A stretch of 32,000 nt of DNA, taken from an uncultured archaeon (GTDB lineage: Archaea > Iainarchaeota > Iainarchaeia > Iainarchaeales > JAAZKV01). Both the position numbers and the translations under genes were made by a program. Within the stretch, counting starts at the first letter, position 1. Each line of letters opens with the position of its first letter. Below, one piece after another: positions 15,613 through 22,080 of this stretch. The notes under the pieces are model-generated. The model was not told the origin of the DNA and did no database searches. It was given only the letters and a program-made list of their open reading frames with translations. The stretch covers positions 510,001 through 542,000 of the forward strand of contig CAZKBG010000001.1 in assembly GCA_964551375.1 (NCBI GenBank), in the 5' to 3' direction.

Positions 15613-15831
15613 TTAAGGAGAAATCATGATTACGCTGTCTCCGCGAATCATTACTTTACCATACTTAGTCTTCATCTCTCCCTCAACTACTTGAGAGGCG
15701 TTTTCTAAATGCAGATTCATATGCACATCAAATGCTTTTAGGGTTCCCCTAACCTGCTGATTGCCTTTTAGAACAACCAAAACTTCTTTTTCTATCGCTT
15801 CGTTCAATAAATCGAACGGTCTATTACTCAT
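15613..15831 (-). CDS. Sm-like (LSm / SmAP) RNA-binding protein
   Basis: 72 aa with Sm1 (VLVVLKGNQQVRGTLKAFDVHMNLHLENA) and Sm2 (VMIRGDSVIMISP) motifs. GGTG lies 5 nt upstream of the start, inside the 9-nt gap after minD. Confidence 0.9.
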   Translation of the reverse strand: MSNRPFDLLNEAIEKEVLVVLKGNQQVRGTLKAFDVHMNLHLENASQVVEGEMKTKYGKVMIRGDSVIMISP

Positions 15832-15840
15832 GAAAACACC

Positions 15841-16626
15841 TCATTTTTTCTTAAAAATTGAAAACAACGCCTGCAAAAAGCCGCCTTTTTTAGGAGCAGT
15901 GCTTTCTGTAACCTTTAGACCAGTAAGCCTCGAAGCAATCTTCACCACTTCAACCGCAGCAGGGCAGTCAGGCTTTCTTACAATAACCGGAGAAACTTTC
16001 TCCTGCATGAAGCTCTTTCGAACTTCAGGATCATAAGGCACAGAACCGTAAATTGGGAGCTCAAGCATATTCGCTATGTCATTTTTTGTTATTTCTCCAG
16101 TTTCATTCATCACAAAATTAACAATAACTCCAATAACTTTAGAACCAAGCCTTTGCGCAACAATTTTAGTCTTCAACGCATCAGCAATTGCGGGCGAAGT
16201 CGGCATAGTAACAATAACAGTTTCCTGCGAAGCGCTTAACGCGCTTAAAACATTCTTTTCAATTCCAGCAGCAACATCAAGCAAAATATAATCATACTTA
16301 TCAGTCAACTGGGAAACAACACTTGAGAGCCTTTCGCTATCCACTCTTTTATAATTATCAAGGCTTAATCCTGAAGGAATAAATCTAACTCCCATCGGAC
16401 CGTCATAAATAGAATCATGAACCTGAGCTTCTCCCAAAAGAACATCGTGAAGAGTGATTGGAGAAGACTGCATTCCTAAAAGCAGAGAAAGATTTGCCAT
16501 TGCAACATCAGCATCGATTAACAAGACTTTTTGCCCCATTTTTGAAAGAGCAATACCTAAGTTGGCAGTAATAGTAGTTTTTCCTGTTCCGCCTTTTCCT
16601 GAAGCAATTGCAATTACTCTCCCCAT
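15841..16626 (-). CDS. minD: MinD/ParA-family ATPase (archaeal MinD type) with C-terminal amphipathic helix
   Basis: Deviant Walker A IASGKGGTGKTT, LLIDAD, and Walker B YDYILLDVAAG. The C terminus GGFLQALFSIFKKK resembles a membrane-targeting amphipathic helix. Confidence 0.85.
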   Translation of the reverse strand: MGRVIAIASGKGGTGKTTITANLGIALSKMGQKVLLIDADVAMANLSLLLGMQSSPITLHDVLLGEAQVHDSIYDGPMGVRFIPSGLSLDNYKRVDSERLSSVVSQLTDKYDYILLDVAAGIEKNVLSALSASQETVIVTMPTSPAIADALKTKIVAQRLGSKVIGVIVNFVMNETGEITKNDIANMLELPIYGSVPYDPEVRKSFMQEKVSPVIVRKPDCPAAVEVVKIASRLTGLKVTESTAPKKGGFLQALFSIFKKK

Positions 16627-16718
16627 AAAAACACCAAATAATGAATGAAACTTACAAATAAAAAGCTACTCTTCGGGCCCTAAAAACAAAAACCCCAAAT
16701 CCTCCAAATCAATTCAAA

Positions 16719-17198
16719 TCATGCCGTCTGCGCAAGCTTCTTCTTTTCGCCGTTCTGCTTATTTGTCTGAAGCAAGCCGTTTAACTCAAAAGCAAGAGCA
16801 CGAAGTTCAATATTTGATAATTCGCTTCCAGCTTTAACAATAAAAACTTTCTTTTCAAGCGGGAAAAGCATAAACCAAGAATCATTTCGCTTAATTAAAA
16901 CAGATTCAGAATCAGGCATCTCGCTCTTTATGTAAGACAACATTGCTGTGCCCATAATTCCTTCAGTGTGCCCGTTGCCTTCGCTTGAAACAACCAAGCT
17001 CCCGTCAAGATTAGTTACCAAAAAAGAATCAACCAAATGTTTTCTTTTCAAAATCATTAAGTTTTCTTCAAAATCCTGCGAATAAACATATTTATGTTTT
17101 GATAAAAAGTCTCTCAAAAAATCCAGCTGTGAGTGAGGCTTCTTAGTGTCATCATCAAGAACGCGAAGCGCGAATCTTCTTAAGACTTTGATTACCAT
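16719..17198 (-). CDS. Roadblock/LC7 (MglB-like) domain protein
   Basis: The core LVDSFLVTNLDGSLVVSSEGNGHTEGIMGTAMLSYI...SWFMLFPLEKKVFIVKA follows the Roadblock alpha-beta-beta pattern. It carries a ~50-aa N-terminal extension. GGTGAG lies 5 nt upstream of the ATG. Confidence 0.55.
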   Translation of the reverse strand: MVIKVLRRFALRVLDDDTKKPHSQLDFLRDFLSKHKYVYSQDFEENLMILKRKHLVDSFLVTNLDGSLVVSSEGNGHTEGIMGTAMLSYIKSEMPDSESVLIKRNDSWFMLFPLEKKVFIVKAGSELSNIELRALAFELNGLLQTNKQNGEKKKLAQTA

Positions 17199-17220
17199 AC
17201 AAGCTCACCAATTAAGCACT

Positions 17221-17673
17221 CTAAATTTTTAATTCGCCAAGACCATAAGCTTCAAGAGCGCTCTTCTGCGTCTGAGTCTTGCTAAACCTTGGCGAGAATG
17301 CTGAAGGAATGCTCTTTGGAATGTCTTTTAAATCTATTTTATTAGTTAAAAGTTTTTCGTCAAATGCAGTAACAAGGTCAACTTGGCTTCTGGTTAAGCC
17401 AACGCACTGAAAAAAGCCCAAACCCCTTGTTTCATTGAAGAAATAAGGCAAAGCTTCAGCGCCTTTAACCGTTTTTTCAGCGCCTAAACACTCAACAATG
17501 CAGGCAAAAATCACACCATCCCTAAAAAATAGAGCCCCTTCTTCAATAAAATTGCCTTTAACAGAAAGAATGAGGTAACCGTTGAATCTATTATCCAAAA
17601 GCTCCTGAGCTTTCGCCATAAAGTCAAAAGGCACATCTCCTTTTGCAACAACTTCCCCAACTGGAAAATTCAA
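17221..17673 (-). CDS. PATAN/DUF4388-like (archaeal DUF2226-type) domain protein
   Basis: GDVPFDFMAKAQELLDNRFNGYLILSVKG..EEGALFFRDGVIFACIVEC...KGAEALPYFF fits the DUF4388 profile as I remember it (G.L....l.dllq.l....tG.L.v....g.i.f.dG.iv.A....G.eAl..ll). The start is ambiguous: GTG 17679 lies 1 nt after GGCGGTG, while TTG 17673 has better spacing. Confidence 0.5.
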   Translation of the reverse strand: MNFPVGEVVAKGDVPFDFMAKAQELLDNRFNGYLILSVKGNFIEEGALFFRDGVIFACIVECLGAEKTVKGAEALPYFFNETRGLGFFQCVGLTRSQVDLVTAFDEKLLTNKIDLKDIPKSIPSAFSPRFSKTQTQKSALEAYGLGELKI

Positions 17674-17695
17674 ACTCACACACCGCCAACCAAAT

Positions 17696-17771
17696 TAAAC
17701 TTAATACTTGCTTTAAACTTCAACAAATACTTCTAAACTCAACAAACACTTCAAAACTCAACAAACCAATG
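17696..17771. repeat. imperfect tandem repeat array (unit ~19-20 nt, core AAACT(T)CAACAAA) in the promoter region of the PATAN-like gene
   Basis: The units are TAAACTTAATACTTGC (17696), TAAACTTCAACAAATACTTC (17714), TAAACTCAACAAACACTTC (17734) and AAAACTCAACAAACCAATG (17753). A degenerate AAACTAATGAAAAT follows. A TTTAAA core sits at 17712..17717. Confidence 0.7.
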
Positions 17772-17796
17772 AAACTAATGAAAATCCAAGTATATA

Positions 17797-18294
17797 TTAT
17801 TTCTTATCAGCTGAATTTTGATTCTCAACAGGAGAGGATGCTTTCTTCCCCTTCAAAAAAACCACTTTATCAGCAGTATTCTTTAACGCTGCAGCGCTCA
17901 TCTCTTCAGCCACCATAGCAACAGTTTCTTTCCCTCTTTCTTTTGCTTTAATTAACGCAGGAAGAAAATCAGAATCCCTTGTTGCAAACACCAAAGTATC
18001 AATCGCATCATTAAACACAGTTTCAGTAGCATCGCAAGCCATCACAACATCAATATCAGTAGTGGAAATTATTGGAGTAAACCCTTGATTAACCACCGCT
18101 TCAACTAACTTATCGCTCGCAAACTGATTGAGATAAACTTTTCCAATCTTAATAATCCCAATCTTCTGCGCTTCTTTTTTTATTAAATCAAGGTCAATCC
18201 CGAGTTCCTTTCTCAAAAGATTAGGACCGTCCACAAAAACAGCAATCTTCTTCTCATGCGACTTGCCAATCAGCTTCTTAAGTCTTGAAAGCAC
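17797..18294 (-). CDS. NYN/LabA-like (PIN-related) domain protein
   Basis: KKIAVFVDGPNL...TDIDVVMACDA...TLVFATRDSDFLPAL is the NYN/LabA acidic-residue pattern. I start at GTG 18294, 6 nt after GGGTG. The ORF-track N-terminal extension to 18408 is Met-less, hydrophobic, and overlaps the divergent gene. Confidence 0.75.
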   Translation of the reverse strand: MLSRLKKLIGKSHEKKIAVFVDGPNLLRKELGIDLDLIKKEAQKIGIIKIGKVYLNQFASDKLVEAVVNQGFTPIISTTDIDVVMACDATETVFNDAIDTLVFATRDSDFLPALIKAKERGKETVAMVAEEMSAAALKNTADKVVFLKGKKASSPVENQNSADKK

Positions 18295-18364
18295 CAAAAA
18301 CACCCAACATAATCTGATGAAAACTGAATAAAATACTTTCCAAGAATAATTCAAGTGAATAAAA

Positions 18365-18369
18365 GTGAT
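18365..18369 (+). promoter_or_regulatory. Shine-Dalgarno GTGAT (context AAAAGTGATAAAATG)
   Basis: Complementary to the GAUCAC part of the archaeal 16S 3' end, 3 nt before ATG 18373. The same context occurs at 19175 and 31485. Confidence 0.6.
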
Positions 18370-18372
18370 AAA

Positions 18373-19113
18373 ATGACGGACTTTACCGAACTTGCAAAAC
18401 TCAAACAAGAGCTTCTATTACTAAAAAACCCCGCAAAAGCAAAACTCCTGCAAGGATTCTTTAAAACAGGAAAAGGAGAATACGCAGAAGGAGACGTATT
18501 TTACGGAATACAAGTTCCAGACACGCGAATTGTAGCAAAAAAGTATTTGGATTTAAGCGAAGAAGAACTTAGCGAGCTGATAAACTCAAAAATCCACGAA
18601 GAAAGACTATGCGCGCTAGTAATTTTAGTTCAAAAAACAAAAAGCAAAAAAACAACACTTTCAAAAAGAGAAAAAATGTTTGAATTTTACCTAAAAAACA
18701 CTAAACATATAAACAACTGGGACTTGGTTGACTTAAGCGCCCCAAGAGTAATGGGCGAGTACTTATATTTGGCGAGAAAAGAAGGAAAAGACGAAACAAA
18801 AATCCTTTACACTCTCGCAAAATCAAGCAACTTATGGGAAAAAAGAATATCCATCCTCTCCACAGCATATTTTATAAGCAAAAAAGAATACCAGCACACC
18901 ATAAAAATCTCAGAAATCCTGCTAAACGATACCCACGACTTAATGCACAAAGCAGTAGGATGGATGCTTCGCGAAATCGGCAAGCGAAATTTGGAAGTTG
19001 AAGAAGAGTTCTTGAAAAAACACTATAAAAAAATGCCCAGAACCATGCTAAGATACGCAATAGAAAAATTCCCTGAACAGAAACGACAATCCTACCTCAA
19101 AGGGACAATTTAA
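18373..19113 (+). CDS. DNA alkylation repair protein (AlkD-like HEAT-repeat family)
   Basis: LKNPAKAKLLQGFFKTGKGEYAEGDVFYGIQVPDTRIVAKKY and HEERLCALVIL match the AlkC/AlkD-type family pattern. ATG 18373 is preceded by GTGATAAA. Confidence 0.7.
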   Translation: MTDFTELAKLKQELLLLKNPAKAKLLQGFFKTGKGEYAEGDVFYGIQVPDTRIVAKKYLDLSEEELSELINSKIHEERLCALVILVQKTKSKKTTLSKREKMFEFYLKNTKHINNWDLVDLSAPRVMGEYLYLARKEGKDETKILYTLAKSSNLWEKRISILSTAYFISKKEYQHTIKISEILLNDTHDLMHKAVGWMLREIGKRNLEVEEEFLKKHYKKMPRTMLRYAIEKFPEQKRQSYLKGTI

Positions 19114-19174
19114 ATTAACTCACAAACACAAAAATAAATACGAAAAAGCACAAAAAAATATTAAAAGTTAAAAT

Positions 19175-19179
19175 GTGAT
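19175..19179 (+). promoter_or_regulatory. Shine-Dalgarno GTGAT (context AAAATGTGATAAAATG)
   Basis: Lies 3 nt before ATG 19183. It shares the 14-nt string AAAATGTGATAAAA with 31481..31494. Confidence 0.6.
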
Positions 19180-19182
19180 AAA

Positions 19183-19635
19183 ATGACTGAAGAACAACTA
19201 AGAATCGGCGCCGGAGTTGGAGTAATGGTAGTAAGAGCAGGAAAAGTTCTGCTTGGAATGAGAGCTCAAAAACCCGAAGAAATAGACGCAGGACTCCACG
19301 GAGAAGGAACATGGTGCCTCCCAGGCGGAAAAATGGAATACGGCGAAAGCTTCGAAGAAACCGCTAAAAGAGAACTAATGGAAGAAACAGGAATAGAACT
19401 AAGAGAATCAAGAGTATTATGCGTAAATAACGACATGAACGAATACGCGCACTTTATCACAGTCGGAATGCTGGCAAAAAAATACATTGGAGAAGCGCAG
19501 GTAACAGAGCCAGATGAGATAATAGAATGGCGATGGTTTGACTTAAACAAAGTCCCAAAAGATTTATTCTTCCCGACAAGAAAGATAATTGAATGCTACA
19601 AACAAGGAAGATTCAATCTGCCTGAAAAACACTAA
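19183..19635 (+). CDS. NUDIX hydrolase
   Basis: Complete Nudix box GGKMEYGESFEETAKRELMEETGI (GX5EX7REUXEEXGU). The start is preceded by TGTGATAAA. Confidence 0.9.
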   Translation: MTEEQLRIGAGVGVMVVRAGKVLLGMRAQKPEEIDAGLHGEGTWCLPGGKMEYGESFEETAKRELMEETGIELRESRVLCVNNDMNEYAHFITVGMLAKKYIGEAQVTEPDEIIEWRWFDLNKVPKDLFFPTRKIIECYKQGRFNLPEKH

Positions 19636-19666
19636 ACCAAACAAATTTTGCCCAAATAACCCTGAT

Positions 19667-19685
19667 TAACTTTCAAAAAAACAGC
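19667..19685 (+). repeat. copy 1 of exact 19-nt intergenic element TAACTTTCAAAAAAACAGC
   Basis: Identical to 26778..26796. The flanking 9 nt are also similar (AACCCTGAT vs AATCCAGAC). It lies 32 nt after the Nudix stop and 15 nt before the TTTAAA core of the aIF5A promoter. Confidence 0.8.
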
Positions 19686-19768
19686 TAAAAGGCGAGATTT
19701 TTAAACCCAACTAAACTAGTGTGTTTAAGGAAAAGCTGGGATAAGGCTGAAAACGAAGGGTGTTGAAA

Positions 19769-20170
19769 ATGGAAGACGAAAAGAAGTTTGAACAAACAGG
19801 ATCACTAAAACCAGGGCACTTAGTTCTAATTGACGGAGAAGTTTGCCAAGTAAAAAGCGTTGAAAAATCAAAGCCGGGCAAACACGGAGCAGCAAAAGCA
19901 AGAGTAACTGCATTTAATATTTTTACAGGACAAAAAAGAGGACTGCTAAAGGGAACAGATGCTGAAGTAGAAATCCCAATCGTTCCAAAATCAGACGCTA
20001 CAGTTGTTGCAATCGTTGGAGAAGTAGTTCAGATAATGGACAGCACTTCATACGAAACACTTGACGCACCAAAACCAGGCGCTGACTCAGGAGTACCTGA
20101 ACTAAAATCAGGAGACTCTGTTGAGTACCAAAAATACGGAACAGCAGTAAAGATTGTAAGAAAAAGGTAA
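19769..20170 (+). CDS. eif5a: translation initiation factor 5A (aIF5A)
   Basis: The hypusination loop SKPGKHGAAKARV and an SH3-like N domain followed by an OB fold. I use ATG 19769, preceded by GGGTG; ORF-track start 19760 is the GTG inside that SD. Confidence 0.95.
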   Translation: MEDEKKFEQTGSLKPGHLVLIDGEVCQVKSVEKSKPGKHGAAKARVTAFNIFTGQKRGLLKGTDAEVEIPIVPKSDATVVAIVGEVVQIMDSTSYETLDAPKPGADSGVPELKSGDSVEYQKYGTAVKIVRKR

Positions 20171-20186
20171 TTAAAATTTTAGAGAA

Positions 20187-20220
20187 GGAAGCAAAAGCTT
20201 CCTTTTCAAACTATTTTTTT
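20187..20220. terminator. hairpin between convergent aIF5A and NTase-like genes (bidirectional terminator candidate)
   Basis: GGAAGC-AAAA-GCTTCC (6-bp stem) is followed by TTTT and then T7 on the plus strand. On the minus strand, T6 directly follows the stop of 20229. Confidence 0.55.
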
Positions 20221-20228
20221 AGAAAAAA

Positions 20229-20813
20229 TTATTCTCTTCCAAAGTACTTGCTTTTAGTGTATCTTTTTCTAATCTCAGGCATGGACTTTAAATTAATTTT
20301 TAACCCAGGCACGTGCTTTTCAGCATTTCTAATAACATCCATTCCATGAATCACCATAAAAGGCTCTTCATGCTCGACAGCAAAGTCCAAATGATTCACA
20401 AACTCTTTAACATCAAAAACATGAACGTCGCACTTAAATCCGACTCGTCCAAGCCAGCCTGAAGCTTCGCTCTCAAAAGCTTTTCGTTCAGTATATGAGT
20501 GAAAATGATTCTCTGGAACCGCAACCGACAAATCAACATCGCTTTTATGCTTTCCATAAACTGGAGTTTCCCGCTCAGTGGCTTTTCTTACCCCCACTTG
20601 CGCGCTGCCGTGCATAGTCATTGCCAAAAATCCAGTTCCAAGTTTTTCTTTAAAAAAAGGAAGCGCCCTAGTTCTTACAAAAAACTCTCTTGCAAGCGAC
20701 TGGCGCGTAGTTTCCTTAACAAGACGCCCTCTTGAAGCCTTAAGCCCCCGCTTTCGAATAACCGCAATCCTTTCCCCAGCGCTTTTGAGCTTAGCAGGAA
20801 CCCTCTTAATCAT
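20229..20813 (-). CDS. putative nucleotidyltransferase-fold protein with basic N-terminal region
   Basis: HGSAQVG...SDVDLSVAV resembles the hG[GS]...D.D signature of Pol-beta-type NTases, but with a longer spacer than usual. The start is ATG 20813 or TTG 20831 (ORF track). Confidence 0.45.
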   Translation of the reverse strand: MIKRVPAKLKSAGERIAVIRKRGLKASRGRLVKETTRQSLAREFFVRTRALPFFKEKLGTGFLAMTMHGSAQVGVRKATERETPVYGKHKSDVDLSVAVPENHFHSYTERKAFESEASGWLGRVGFKCDVHVFDVKEFVNHLDFAVEHEEPFMVIHGMDVIRNAEKHVPGLKINLKSMPEIRKRYTKSKYFGRE

Positions 20814-20867
20814 ACCATAAATACTGCTCAAAGCAAATTAATTAACTTATCCCAAGGTAAAATAAAT

Positions 20868-21569
20868 ATGCAAAACAAGAAAACCGCTGAAAATGCTAAA
20901 AAAACTGATAAAAACGCTTTACTCTTAATTTCAGGCGGAATTGACAGCCCAGTTGCAGGAAAACTGCTAATGGACGCAGGATTTAATCTGCAAGGGATTC
21001 ACTTTTCACAAGTCCCTTATACTGATGATACTCCAGAAAAAAAATCCTTGCTTCTTGCAAGAGCCCTTGGATTAAAAGAGATGATTGTTATTGACGCGGG
21101 AGAGGAGTTTAAGGAAATTGCGGAGAACTCAAAGAGAGAATATTACTTTATTTTAATAAAAATGTTTATGATGAAATGCACAGAGAGAATTGCAAATGAA
21201 AAAGGAATAGAATTTATCGCAACAGGCGAAAGCCTCGGGCAAGTAAGCTCCCAAACTATGAGCAACTTAAACACAATAAATTCCTCCGTTCAGATTGAAA
21301 TACTCCGCCCGCTATTATTTATGACAAAGCAGGAAATAATTGACATAAGCGCAAAGGAAAAATATTTTGAGATTTCAAAAGGGCCTGAAATGTGCGATGC
21401 TCTCGCAAGCGGAAGACCAAAAACAAGAAGCAGAATAATTGAAACCGAATTTGAAGTAGAATCAAGCAAAATGAATGAACTTGTGAATAGAGCGGTTAAT
21501 AAAATAAGAATTGAAAGCGCTTCAAAAGAAATAAAGCTTGAAAATGAAAGAATAAGTATTTGTAAATAG
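20868..21569 (+). CDS. thiI: ThiI-like PP-loop ATPase domain only (no N-terminal ferredoxin-like/THUMP domains, no rhodanese)
   Basis: LLLISGGIDSPVAG (PP-loop at residue ~21), IATGESLGQVSSQTMSNL, ILRPLLFMTKQEII and PEMCDAL follow the catalytic domain of tRNA 4-thiouridine synthase ThiI. At 233 aa it is only the C-terminal catalytic module. Confidence 0.8.
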   Translation: MQNKKTAENAKKTDKNALLLISGGIDSPVAGKLLMDAGFNLQGIHFSQVPYTDDTPEKKSLLLARALGLKEMIVIDAGEEFKEIAENSKREYYFILIKMFMMKCTERIANEKGIEFIATGESLGQVSSQTMSNLNTINSSVQIEILRPLLFMTKQEIIDISAKEKYFEISKGPEMCDALASGRPKTRSRIIETEFEVESSKMNELVNRAVNKIRIESASKEIKLENERISICK

Positions 21570-21584
21570 GCATTGTTGATAATA

Positions 21585-21869
21585 ATGGAACTTGAAGATT
21601 ACACAGGAAAGCCGTGCCGGAGCAAAATGGCTTACGAATTCCTCCCAAAAAAACAAGTGAAGATAAATCTTGAAATCGCGCGCGAAGAGCTTGAGAAAAT
21701 CGCCAAAACTGAAATCGCTTCAAAAGTTCTTTTAATGATAAAACTTGAAAATGCAGTTATTTCAATATTCCCTTCAGGAAAAATACTTGTAAGAGGAGAA
21801 AAAGAAGAAGAAAAAGCAAAACTCCTCGCAAAAAAAGCAATCAAAGTCCTAAAGAAAAGCTTTTCTTAA
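21585..21869 (+). CDS. small protein resembling a single TBP-domain repeat (fold-level guess)
   Basis: VLLMIKLENAVISIFPSGKILVRGEKEEEKAKLLAKKAIKVLKK aligns by eye with the TBP half-repeat segment ...[36 protein letters not shown] (11 identities in 34). ATG 21585 is preceded by GTTGATAATA; ORF-track start 21573 is a TTG. Confidence 0.4.
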   Translation: MELEDYTGKPCRSKMAYEFLPKKQVKINLEIAREELEKIAKTEIASKVLLMIKLENAVISIFPSGKILVRGEKEEEKAKLLAKKAIKVLKKSFS

Positions 21870-22047
21870 AGACAAAAAGAAACCTATTTAAAAAAAATCA
21901 AAAAAACAATTAACCCTTAAATCCTTGCTGTGCCAAAACTCCGCAAAAATGCACTAAAACACAATTTACCCTCAAAAAACTTACCCTGCACAAAAATCGA
22001 AAGCATTAAATAGAATTCATATGTTAATTCTAACATTTAAGTTAAAA

Positions 22048-22080
22048 TCTTCACAACGGGGTTAAATGGAATTGTGAAGA
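22048..22080 (+). promoter_or_regulatory. 9-bp stem hairpin in the 5' region of the DUF4013-like gene
   Basis: TCTTCACAA-(15 nt)-TTGTGAAGA is a perfect 9-bp stem. It ends 8 nt before the AAGGAGG SD (22089..22095). Confidence 0.4.

Noticed and set aside
18295-18408. The N-terminal 38 codons of ORF-track entry 17797..18408 (NYN protein), which overlap the divergent AlkD-like gene.
   Set aside because: The extension contains no conserved NYN sequence and is hydrophobic junk-like. A GGGTG SD lies inside it, 6 nt upstream of GTG 18294.
20313-20330. An R-x4-H motif (RNAEKH) near the C terminus of the NTase-like protein, as in HEPN RNase active sites.
   Set aside because: Only ~40 residues surround it, too few for a HEPN domain. 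The motif is short enough to occur by chance.
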